From Antedon mediterranea (lineage: Eukaryota > Animalia > Echinodermata): a stretch of DNA of 64,000 nt. Both the position numbers and the translations under genes were made by a program. The stretch spans positions 34,965,648 to 35,029,647 of the forward strand of contig NC_092673.1 of the NCBI RefSeq assembly GCF_964355755.1. The letters run 5' to 3'. Positions 38,900 through 52,430 of this stretch are shown here, piece after piece; the stretch's first letter is position 1, and every line of letters begins with the position of its first letter. Under the pieces are notes generated by a model that searched no databases, was not told where the DNA came from, and was given only the letters and a program-made list of their open reading frames with translations.

Positions 38900-41800
38900 T
38901 TTTTTTCTAAGAAATTAGTTAAGTGTCCTGTATTGTTTAATTGTCTAATAAATGATTTTTCAAACAGTTGTATTGGTAGATTTGTCTAGTATATATGTTT
39001 TATAATAACTGTACCCCTATACATGTCTAACTACTTGAATGTCCTGTATTGTTGGGTTGTTCTATAGATGATTACTCAACCAGTTTTAATGTTAGATTTG
39101 TCTAAAATATGTACTCCTAATTGTGTTCTATAATATCTGTACCCCTCCCTACAAATGTGAACTACTAGAATTTCCTGTATTATTGTGCTGTCTATTAGAT
39201 GATTTCTCAACCAAATTATACTGTTAGATTTGTCTAAAATATGTATTCGAGTCTTAATTGTGCTCTATAATAACTGTACCCCTACACATGTCTAACAACT
39301 TGAATGTCCTGTATTATTGGGTTGGTTCATATAGAATTTCTCAACTAATTATACTTCAGATTTGTCTAAAATATTTACTCCTAATTGTGTTCTATAATAA
39401 CTGTACCATGTATAATTGTTTTGTCTAAAAGTTCTTAACCAATTATAGTGTTAGATTTGCTGTTTTTTATTTTGCTCTAAACAACTAACTAAATTAAACT
39501 GCATTCCTCTCTTTAATTTTGTTGTAAGAACTAACAAAACTAAACTGAATTCCTTTGTTTAACTTTGTCCTTAAGCAACTAACTAAACTGAACTGCATTG
39601 CTGTGTTTAAATTTATCCTACAACCAACTAAACTGAACTGCATTCCTGTGTTTAAATTTATCCTACAACCAATAGATCAAACTACAATGTACTCTTAATT
39701 GTGTTCTATAATAACTGTACCCCTACACATGTCTAACTACTTGAATGCTCTGTATTATTGTGTTGTCTAATAGATAATTTCTTAACCAATTACACTGTTA
39801 AATATGTTTAAAATATGTACTCCCAAATGGGTTCTATAAGAACTCTACCCCTACACATGTTTAACTACTTGAATGTGCTGTAATATTGTGTTGTCTAATA
39901 GATTAGATAGATAGATTTCTCAACCAATTATTCTGTTAGATTTGTCTCAAATATTTACTCTTAATTGTGTCCTATAACCTGAACTGCTGTGTTTAATTTT
40001 GTCCTACAACCAATTAAACTAAACTGAATTGCTCTGTTTAATTTTGTTCTACAACCAACTTAAATAAACTTCTCTATTTAATTTTGTCTTACAACCAACT
40101 AAACTAAACTGAATTGCTATGTTTAATTGTGTCTTACAACCAACTAAACTAAACTGAATTGCACAAGTCTAAATATATGAATGTTCTGTATTATTGTGTT
40201 GTCTACTAGATAATTTCTTAACCAATTATACTTTTAGATTTGTCTAAAATATGTACCCTTAATGATGTTCTATAATAACTGTACCCCTACACATGTCTAA
40301 ATATTTGAATGTTCTGTATTGTTTTGTTGTCTACTAGATAATTTCCCAACCAATTATACTTTTAAATTTGTCTAAAATATATTATCTTAATTGTTGTCTA
40401 CAATAACTGTACCCCTACATATGTCTAAATATTTGAATGCTCTGTATTATTGTTTTGGCTAATAGATGAATTGCTGTGTTTAATTGTGTCCTACAACCAA
40501 CTAATCTAAACTGAATTGCTCTGTTTAATTTTGTTCTACAACAAACTAGACTAAACTGAACTGCTATGTTTAATTGTGTCCTACAACCAACTAAACTAAA
40601 CTGAATTGCTCTGTTTAATTGTGTCCTACAACCAACTAAACTACACTGAATTGCTATGTTTAATTGTGTCCTAAAACCAACTAAACTAAACTGAATTGCT
40701 ATGTTTAATTGTGTCCTACAACCAACTAAACTAAACTGAATTGCTCTGTTTAATTGTGTCCTAAAACCAACTAAACTAACCTGAATTGCTCTGTTTAATT
40801 GTGTCCTACAACCAACTAAACTAAACTGAATTGCTGTGTTTCATTTTGTTCTACAAACAACTAAACTGAACTGAGCTGAACTGCTGTGTTTAATTGTGTC
40901 CTAAAACCAACTAAACCAAACTGAATTGCTCTGTTTTATTTTGTTCTACAAACAACTAAACTGAACTGAGCTGAACTGCTGTGTTTAATTGTGTCCTAAA
41001 ACCAACTAAACCAAACTGAATTGCTCTGTTTAATTGTGTCCTACAACCAACTAAACTAAACTGAATTGCTCTGTTTAATTGTGTCCTAAAACCAACTAAA
41101 CTAAACTGAATTGCTCTGTTTAATTGTGTCCTACAACCAACTAAACTAAACTGAATTGCTCTGTTTAATTGTGTCCTACAACCAACTAAACTAAACTGAA
41201 TTGCTATGTTTAATTGTGTCTTACAACCAACTAAACTAAACTGAATTACTCTGTTTAATTGTGTCCTAAAACCAACTAAACTAAACTGAATTGCTATGTT
41301 TAATTGTGTCCTAAAACCAACTAAACTACACTGAATTGCTATGTTTAATTGTGTCCTAAAACCAACTAAACTAAACTGAATTGCTATATTTAATTGTGTC
41401 TTACAACCAACTAAACTAAACTGAATTACTCTGTTTAATTGTGTCCTACAGCCAACTAAGCTAAATTAGAATTGCTGTGTTTAATGTTGTTCTACAACCA
41501 AATAAAACAAACTGAATTACTCTGTTAAATTGTGTCCTACAACCAACTAAACTAAACTGAATTTCTCTGTTTATTTTGTTCTAAACTAAACTGAACTGCT
41601 GTGTTTAATTGTGTCCTAAAACCAACTAAACTAAATTTCTCTGTTTAATTACTAAACTAAACTGTGCTGCTGTGTTAAATTGTGTTCTACAACCAACTAA
41701 ACTAAACTAAGCTGCTGTGTTTAATTTTGTCTTACAACCAACTAAACTAAACTGAATTGCTCTGTTTAATTTTGTTTTACAACCAACCAAACTAAACTGC

Positions 41801-44800
41801 TGTGATTGCGTCCTACAACCAAAAATGTCTCAACCAATTATACTGTTAGATTTTTCTAAAATATGTAATCCTAATTGTGTTCTATAATACCTATTACCCC
41901 TACACATGTCTAACTACTTGAATGTCCTGTATTATTATTCTGTTAGATTTGTCTAAAATATGTACTCTTAATTGTGTTCTATAATAACTGTATCCTTACA
42001 CATGTCTATTTGAATGTCCATTTGGTTGTTCAATAGATGATTTCTCAACCAATTATACTGTTAGAGTTGTCAAATATGTACTCCAAAATGGGTTATATAA
42101 TAACTGTACCCCTACACATGTCTAACTACTTGAATGTCCTGTATTATTGGGTTGTTTAATGGATGATTTTTCAACCAATTATACTTTTAGATTTGTCTAA
42201 AATATGTACTCTTAATTGTGTTCTATACTAACTGTACCCCTAGACCTATCTAAGTACTTGATTGTCCTGTATTTTTTAGTTGTTCTACAGATGATTTCTC
42301 AACCAATTATACTGTTAGATGTGCTGTGTTTTATTTTTGCCCTAAACAACTAACTAAATTGAACTGCATTCCTCTGTTTAATTTTGTCGTAAGTAATTAA
42401 CTAAACTGAATTCCTTGTTTAACTTTGTCCTAAAGCAACTAACTAAACTGAACTGCATTGCTGTGTTTAAATTTCTCATACAACCAACTAAACTGAACTG
42501 CATTGCTGTGTTTAAATTTCTCATACAACCAACTAAACTGAACTGCATTGCTGTGTTTAAATTTCTCATACAACCAACTAAACTGAACTGCATTGCTGTG
42601 TTTAAATTTCTCATACAACCAACTAAACTGAACTGCATTGCTGTGTTTAAGTTTCTCATACAACCAACTAAACTGAACTGCATTCCTATGTTTAATTTTG
42701 CCCTTAACAACTAACTAAACTGAACTGCATTGCTGTGTTTAAATTTCTCATACAACCAACTAAACTGAATTGCTCTGTTTAATTGTGTCCTACAACCAAC
42801 TAAACTGAACTGAATTGCTCTGTTTCATTTTGTTCTACAAACAACTAAACTGAACTGAACTGAACTGAGCTGAACTGCTGTGTTTAATTGTGTCCTAAAA
42901 CCAACTAAACTGAATTGCTCTGTTTAATTGTGTCCTACAACTAACTAAACTGAACTGCATTGCTGTGTTTAAATTTCTCATACAACTAACTAAACTGAAC
43001 TGCATTGCTGTGTTTAAATTTCTCATACAACTAACTAAACTGAACTGCATTGCTGTCTTTAAATTTTTCATACAACCAACTAAACTGAACTGCATTCCTA
43101 TGTTTAATTTTGCCCTTAACAACTAACTTAATTGAACTGCATTGCTGTGTTTAAATTTCTCATACAACCAACTAAACTGAACTGCATTCCTATGTTTAAT
43201 TTTGCCCTTAACAACTAACTAAACTGAACTGCATTGCTGTGTTTAAATTCTCATACAACCAACTAAACGGAACTGCATTCCTATGTTTAATTTTGCCCTT
43301 AACAACTAACTAAACTGAACTGCATTGCTCTGTTTAAATTTCTCCTACAACCAACTAAAATTAACTGCATTCCTGTGTTTAATTTTGCCCTAAACAACTA
43401 ACTAAACTGAACTGCATTCCTGTGTTTAAATTTATCCTACAACCAATAGATCAAACTACAATGTACTCTTAATTGTGTCCTATAACCTGAACTGCTGTGT
43501 TTAATTTTGTCCTACAACCAATTAAACTAAACTGAATTGCTCTGTTTAATTTTGTTCTACAACCAACTTAAATAAACTTCTCTATTTAATTTTGTCTTAC
43601 AACCAACTAAACTAAACTGAATTGCTATGTTTAATTGTGTCTTACAACCAACTAAACTAAACTGAATTGCACAAGTCTAAATATATGAATGTTCTGTATT
43701 ATTGTGTTGTCTACTAGATAATTTCTTAACCAATTATACTTTTAGATTTGTCTAAAATATGTACCCTTAATGATGTTCTATAATAACTGTACCCCTACAC
43801 ATGTCTAAATATTTGAATGTTCTGTATTGTTTTGTTGTCTACTAGATAATTTCCCAACCAATTATACTTTTAAATTTGTCTAAAATATATTATCTTAATT
43901 GTTGTCTACAATAACTGTACCCCTACATATGTCTAAATATTTGAATGCTCTGTATTATTGTTTTGGCTAATAGATGAATTGCTGTGTTTAATTGTGTCCT
44001 ACAACCAACTAATCTAAACTGAATTGCTCTGTTTAATTTTGTTCTACAACAAACTAGACTAAACTGAACTGCTATGTTTAATTGTGTCCTACAACCAACT
44101 AAACTAAACTGAATTGCTCTGTTTAATTGTGTCCTACAACCAACTAAACTACACTGAATTGCTATGTTTAATTGTGTCCTAAAACCAACTAAACTAAACT
44201 GAATTGCTATGTTTAATTGTGTCCTACAACCAACTAAACTAAACTGAATTGCTCTGTTTAATTGTGTCCTAAAACCAACTAAACTAACCTGAATTGCTCT
44301 GTTTAATTGTGTCCTACAACCAACTAAACTAAACTGAATTGCTGTGTTTCATTTTGTTCTACAAACAACTAAACTGAACTGAGCTGAACTGCTGTGTTTA
44401 ATTGTGTCCTAAAACCAACTAAACCAAACTGAATTGCTCTGTTTTATTTTGTTCTACAAACAACTAAACTGAACTGAGCTGAACTGCTGTGTTTAATTGT
44501 GTCCTAAAACCAACTAAACCAAACTGAATTGCTCTGTTTAATTGTGTCCTACAACCAACTAAACTAAACTGAATTGCTCTGTTTAATTTTGTCCTAAAAC
44601 CAACTAAACTAAACTGAATTGCTCTGTTTAATTGTGTCCTACAACCAACTAAACTAAACTGAATTGCTCTGTTTAATTGTGTCCTACAACCAACTAAACT
44701 AAACTGAATTGCTATGTTTAATTGTGTCTTACAACCAACTAAACTAAACTGAATTACTCTGATTAATTGTGTCCTAAAACCAACTAAACTAAACTGAATT

Positions 44801-47800
44801 GCTATGTTTAATTGTGTCCTAAAACCAACTAAACTACACTGAATTGCTATGTTTAATTGTGTCCTAAAACCAACTAAACTACACTGAATTGCTATGTTTA
44901 ATTGTGTCCTAAAACCAACTAAACTACACTGAATTGCTATGTTTAATTGTGTCCTAAAACCAACTAAACTAAACTGAATTGCTATATTTAATTGTGTCTT
45001 ACAACCAACTAAACTAAACTGAATTACTCTGTTTAATTGTGTCCTACAGCCAACTAAGCTAAATTAGAATTGCTGTGTTTACTGTTGTTCTACAACCAAA
45101 TAAAACAAACTGAATTACTCTGTTAAATTGTGTCCTACAACCAACTAAACTAAACTGAATTTCTCTGTTTATTTTGTTCTAAACTAAACTGAACTGCTGT
45201 GTTTAATTGTGTCCTAAAACCAACTAAACTAAATTTCTCTGTTTAATTACTAAACTAAACTGTGCTGCTGTGTTAAATTGTGTTCTACAACCAACTAAAC
45301 TAAACTAAGCTGCTGTGTTTAATTTTGTCTTACAACCAACTAAACTAAACTGAATTGCTCTGTTTAATTTTGTTCTACAACCAACTAAACTAAACTGCTG
45401 TGATTGCGTCCTACAACCAAAAATGTCTCAACCAATTATACTGTTAGATTTTTCTAAAATATGTAATCCTAATTGTGTTCTATAATACCTATTACCCCTA
45501 CACATGTCTAACTACTTGAATGTCCTGTATTATTATTCTGTTAGATTTGTCTAAAATATGTACTCTTAATTGTGTTCTATAATAACTGTATCCTTACACA
45601 TGTCTATTTGAATGTCCATTTGGTTGTTCAATAGATGATTTCTCAACCAATTATACTGTTAGAGTTGTCAAATATGTACTCCAAAATGGGTTATATAATA
45701 ACTGTACCCCTACACATGTCTAACTACTTGAATGTCCTGTATTATTGGGTTGTTTAATGGATGATTTTTCAACCAATTATACTTTTAGATTTGTCTAAAA
45801 TATGTACTCTTAATTGTGTTCTATAATAACTGTACCCCTAGACCTATCTAAGTACTTGATTGTCCTGTATTTTTTAGTTGTTCTACAGATGATTTCTCAA
45901 CCAATTATACTGTTAGATGTGCTGTGTTTTATTTTTGCCCTAAACAACTAACTAAATTGAACTGCATTCCTCTGTTTAATTTTGTCGTAAGTAATTAACT
46001 AAACTGAATTCCTTGTTTAACTTTGTCCTAAAGCAACTAACTAAACTGAACTGCATTGCTGTGTTTAAATTTCTCATACAACCAACTAAACTGAACTGCA
46101 TTGCTGTGTTTAAATTTCTCATACAACCAACTAAACTGAACTGCATTGCTGTGTTTAGATTTCTCATACAACCAACTAAACTGAACTGCATTGCTGTGTT
46201 TAAGTTTCTCATACAACCAACTAAACTGAACTGCATTCCTATGTTTAATTTTGCCCTTAACAACTAACTAAACTGAACTGCATTGCTGTGTTTAAATTTC
46301 TCATACAACCAACTAAACTGAATTGCTCTGTTTAATTGTGTCCTACAACCAACTAAACTGAACTGAATTGCTCTGTTTCATTTTGTTCTACAAACAACTA
46401 AACTGAACTGAACTGAACTGAGCTGAACTGCTGTGTTTAATTGTGTCCTAAAACCAACTAAACTAAACTGAATTGCTCTGTTTAATTGTGTCCTACAACT
46501 AACTAAACTGAACTGCATTGCTGTGTTTAAATTTCTCATACAACCAACTAAACTGAACTGCATTCCTATGTTTAATTTTGCCCTTAACAACTAACTAAAC
46601 TGAACTGCATTGCTGTCTTTAAATTTTTCATACAACCAACTAAACTGAACTGCATTCCTATGTTTAATTTTGCCCTTAACAACTAACTTAATTGAACTGC
46701 ATTGCTGTGTTTAAATTTCTCATACAACCAACTAAACTGAACTGCATTCCTATGTTTAATTTTGCCCTTAACAACTAACTAAACTGAACTGCATTGCTGT
46801 GTTTAAATTCTCATACAACCAACTAAACGGAACTGCATTCCTATGTTTAATTTTGCCCTTAACAACTAACTAAACTGAACTGCATTGCTCTGTTTAAATT
46901 TCTCCTACAACCAACTAAAATTAACTGCATTCCTGTGTTTAATTTTGCCCTAAACAACTAACTAAACTGAACTGCATTGCTGTGTTTAAATTTATCCTAC
47001 AACCAATAGATCAAACTACAATGTACTCTTAATTGTGTTCTATAATAACTGTACCCCTACACATGTCTAACTACTTGAATGCTCTGTATTATTGGATTGT
47101 TCTATAGATGATTTCTCAACCAATTATACTGTTAGATTTGTTTAAAATATGTACTCCCAAATGGGTTCTATAAGAACTCTACCCCTACACATGTTTAACT
47201 ACTTGAATGTGCTGTAATATTGTGTTGTCTAATAGATTAGATAGATAGATTTCTCAACCAATTATTCTGTTAGATTTGTCTCAAATATTTACTCTTAATT
47301 GTGTCCTATAACCTGAACTGCTGTGTTTAATTTTGTCCTACAACCAATTAAACTAAACTGAATTGCTCTGTTTAATTTTGTTCTACAACCAACTTAAATA
47401 AACTTCTCTATTTAATTTTGTCTTACAACCAACTAAACTAAACTGAATTGCTATGTTTAATTGTGTCTTACAACCAACTAAACTAAACTGAATTGCACAA
47501 GTCTAAATATATGAATGTTCTGTATTATTGTGTTGTCTACTAGATAATTTCTTAACCAATTATACTTTTAGATTTGTCTAAAATATGTACCCTTAATGAT
47601 GTTCTATAATAACTGTACCCCTACACATGTCTAAATATTTGAATGTTCTGTATTGTTTTGTTGTCTACTAGATAATTTCCCAACCAATTATACTTTTAAA
47701 TTTGTCTAAAATATATTATCTTAATTGTTGTCTACAATAACTGTACCCCTACATATGTCTAAATATTTGAATGCTCTGTATTATTGTTTTGGCTAATAGA

Positions 47801-50800
47801 TGAATTGCTGTGTTTAATTGTGTCCTACAACCAACTAATCTAAACTGAATTGCTCTGTTTAATTTTGTTCTACAACAAACTAGACTAAACTGAACTGCTA
47901 TGTTTAATTGTGTCCTACAACCAACTAAACTAAACTGAATTGCTCTGTTTAATTGTGTCCTACAACCAACTAAACTACACTGAATTGCTATGTTTAATTG
48001 TGTCCTAAAACCAACTAAACTAAACTGAATTGCTATGTTTAATTGTGTCCTACAACCAACTAAACTAAACTGAATTGCTCTGTTTAATTGTGTCCTAAAA
48101 CCAACTAAACTAACCTGAATTGCTCTGTTTAATTGTGTCCTAAAACCAACTAAACTAACCTGAACTGCTGTGTTTAATTTTGTCCTACAACCAACTAAAC
48201 TAAACTGAATTGCTCTGTTTAATTTTGTTCTACAACCAACTAAACTAAACTGAATTGCTATGTTTAATTGTGTCCTACAACCAACTAAACTAAACTGAAT
48301 TGCTGTGTTAAATTGTGTCCTACAACCAACTAAACTAAACTGAATTGCTCTGTTTAATTGTGTCCTACAACCAACTAAACTAAAATGAATTGCTGTGTTT
48401 AATTGTGTCCTACAACCAACTAAACTAAACTGAATTGCTCTGTTTAATTGTGTCCTACAACCAACTAAACTAAACTGAATTGCTCTGTTTCATTTTGTTC
48501 TACAAACAACTAAACTGAACTGAATTGCTGTGTTTAATTGTGTCCTACAACCAACTAAACTAACCTGAATTGCTCTGTTTAATTGTGTCTTACAACCAAC
48601 TAAACTAAACTGAATTGCTCTGTTTAATTGTGTCCTACAAACAACTAAACTGAACTGAGCTGAACTGCTGTGTTTAATTGTGTCCTAAAACCAACTAAAC
48701 TAAACTGAATTGCTCTGTTTAATTGTGTCCTACAACCAACTAAACTAAACTGAATTGCTCTGTTTAATTGTGTCCTACAAACAACTAAACTGAACTGAGC
48801 TGAACTGCTGTGTTTAATTGTGTCCTAAAACCAACTAAACTAAACTGAATTGCTCTGTTTAATTGTGTCCTACAACCAACTAAACTGAACTGAATTGCTC
48901 TGTTTCATTTTGTTCTACAAACAACTAAACTGAACTGAGCTGAACTGCTGTGTTTAATTGTGTCCTAAAACCAACTAAACTAAACTGAATTGCTCTGTTT
49001 AATTGTGTCCTACAACCAACTAAACTAAACTGAATTGCTCTGTTTAATTGTGTCCTAAAACCAACTAAACTAAACTGAATTGCTCTGTTTAATTGTGTCC
49101 TACAACCAACTAAACTAAACTGAATTGCTCTGTTTAATTGTGTCCTACAACCAACTAAACTAAACTGAATTGCTCTGTTTAATTGTGTCCTACAACCAAC
49201 TAAACTAAACTGAATTGCTCTGTTTAATTGTGTCTTACAACCAACTAAACTAAACTGAATTGCTATGTTTAATTGTGTCTTACAACCAACTAAACTAAAC
49301 TGAATTACTCTGTTTAATTGTGTCCTAAAACCAACTAAACTAAACTGAATTGCTATGTTTAATTGTGTCCTAAAACCAACTAAACTACACTGAATTGCTA
49401 TGTTTAATTGTGTCCTAAAACCAACTAAACTAAACTGAATTGCTATATTTAATTGTGTCTTACAACCAACTAAACTAAACTGAATTACTCTGTTTAATTG
49501 TGTCCTACAGCCAACTAAGCTAAATTAGAATTGCTGTGTTTAATGTTGTTCTACAACCAAATAAAATAAACTTAATTACTCTGTTAAATTGTGTCCTACT
49601 ACCAACTAAACTAAACTGAATTTCTCTGTTTATTTTGTTCTAAACTAAACTGAACTGCTGTGTTTAATTGTGTTCTAAAACCAACTAAACTAAATTTCTC
49701 TGTTTAATTACTAAACTAAACTGTGCTGCTGTGTTAAATTGTGTTCTACAACCAACTAAACTAAACTAAGCTGCTCTGTTTAATTTTGTCCTACAACCAA
49801 CTAAACTGAATTGCTGTGTTTAATTTTGTTCTACAACCAACTAAACTAAACTGAACTGCTATGATTGTGTCCTACAACCAAAAATGTCTCAACCAATTAT
49901 ATTGTTAGATTTTTCTAAAATATGTAATCTTAATTGTGTTCTATAATAACTATTACCCCTACACATGTCTAACTACTTGAATGTCCTGTATTATTATTCT
50001 GTTAGATTTGTCTAAAATATGTACTCTTAATTGTGTTCTATAATAACTGTATCCCTACACATGTCTAACTGCTTGAATTTCCTGTATTATTGGGTTGTTC
50101 AATAGATGATTTTTCAACAAATAGTACTGTTAGATTTGTCGAAAATATGTACTCTTAATTGTGCTCTATAATAACTGTACCCCTACACATGTCTGACTAC
50201 TTTAATGTCCTGTATTGTTGAGTTGTTCAATAGATAATTTTTCAATCAATTATACTTTTAGATTTGTCTAAAATATGTACTCCTAATTGTGTTCTATAAT
50301 AACTGTCCCCCTACACATGTCTAACTACTTGAATGTCCTGTATCATTGTGTTGTCCAATAGATGATTTCTCAACCAATTACACTGTTAGATTTGCTGTTT
50401 TATTTTGCCCTAAACAACTAACTAAACTGAACTGTATTGCTGTGTTTAAATTTCACCTACAACCAACTAAACTGAACTGCAATCCTGTGTTTAATTTTGC
50501 CCTAAACAACTAACTAACCTGAACTGCATTGCTGTGTTTAAATTTCTTCTACAACCAATTGATAAAAACTACAATTTACTCTTAATTGTGTTCTATAATA
50601 ACTGTCCCCCCCAGACATGTCTAACTACTTGAATGTCCTGTATTATTGGGTTGTTCAATAGATGATTTTTAAACAAATAGTACTGTTAGATTTGTCTAAA
50701 ATATGTACTCTTAATTGTGCTCTATAATAACTGTACCCCTACACTTGTCTGACTACTTTAATGTCCTGTATTGTTGAGTTGTTCCATAGATAATTTCTCA

Positions 50801-52430
50801 ATCAATTAGACTTTTAGATTTGTCTAAAATATGTACTCTTAATTGTGCTCTATAATTACTGTACCCCTACACTTGTCTGACTACTTTAATGTCCTGTATT
50901 GTTGAGTTGTTCAATAGATAATTTCTCAATCAATTATACTTTTAGATTTGTCTAAAATATGTACTCTTAATTGTGTTCTAAAATAACTGTATCCCTACAC
51001 ATGTCTAACTACTTGAATGTTCTGTATTATTGAGTTGTTCAATAGATGATTTCTCAACCAATTACACTGTTACATTTGTTGTTTTATTTTGCCCTAAACA
51101 ACTAACTAAACTGAACTGTATTGCTGTGTTTATATTTCACCTACAACCAACTAAACTGAACTGCAATACTGTGTTTAATTTTGCCCTAAACAACTAACTA
51201 AACTGAACTGTATTGCTGTGTTTAAATTTCACCTACAACCAACTAAACTGAACTGCAATCCTGTGTTTAATTTTGCCCTAAACAACTAACTAACCTGAAC
51301 TGCATTGCTGTGTTTAAATTTCTTCTACAACCAATTGATAAAAACTACAATTTACTCTTAATTGTGTTCTATAATAACTGTCCCCCCTACACATGTCTAA
51401 CTACTTGAATGTCCTGTATTATTGTGTTGTCCAATAGATGATTTCTCAACCAATTACACTGTTAGATTTGCTGTTTTATTTTGCCCTAAACAACTAACTA
51501 AACTGAACTGCAATCCTGTGTTTAATTTTGCCATAAACAACTAACTAACCTAAACTGCATTGCTGTGTTTAAATTTCTTCTACAACCAATTGATAAAAAC
51601 TACAATTTACTCTTAATTGTGTTCTATAAAAACTGTACCCCTACACATGTCTAACTACTTGAATGTCCTGTATTATTGTGTTGTCCAATAGATGATTTCT
51701 CAACCAATTACACTGTTAGATTTGCTGTTTTATTTTGCCCTAAACAACTAACTAAACTGAACTGCAATCCTGTGTTTAATTTTGCCATAAACAACTAACT
51801 AACCTAAACTGCATTGCTGTGTTTAAATTTCTTCTACAACCAATTGATAAAAACTACAATTTACTCTTAATTGTGTTCTATAAAAACTGTACCCCTACAC
51901 ATGTCTAACTACTTGAATGTTCTGTATTATTGGGTTGTTCAATAGATAAATTGAATTGCTTGGTTTAATTTTGTTCTACAATCAACTTAACTAAACTGAA
52001 TTGCTGTGTTTAATTGTGTTCTACAAACAACTAAACTAAACTACATTGTTGTGTCTACATTTGTCCTACAACAATTAACCAAACTAAACTATGTTCACTT
52101 TTGTTTCACAACCAACTAAATTCCATTGCTGTGTTTAAATTTGTCCTACAGTACAATTAACTAAACTATACTAAACTGAATTGATGTTTTTAATTGTTTT
52201 CCTATACAGAAAATAACTAAACTGAACTGTATTCCTCTGTTTAAATATGTTCTACAACCAACTAAACTACATTGCTGCTTCTAATTTTTCCCTACAGTAA
52301 ATAACTAAACTGAACTGTATTCCTTAGTTTAATTTTGTCCTACAACAACTAACTGAACTGTATTGCTGTTTTTAATTTTTCCCTACAGTAATTAACTAAA
52401 CTGACTGCATTTCTGTGTTTAACTTTAGTC
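38900..52430. repeat. ~13.5-kb composite satellite: interleaved ~45-bp and ~127-bp monomer families with a ~3.5-3.8-kb higher-order repeat
   Basis: 45-mer ctacaaccaactaaactaaactgaattgctctgtttaattgtgtc and 127-mer gtacccctacacatgtctaactacttgaatg.... The landmark ttaattgtgtcctataacctgaactg recurs at ~39961, ~43469 and ~47296. Confidence 0.95.
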
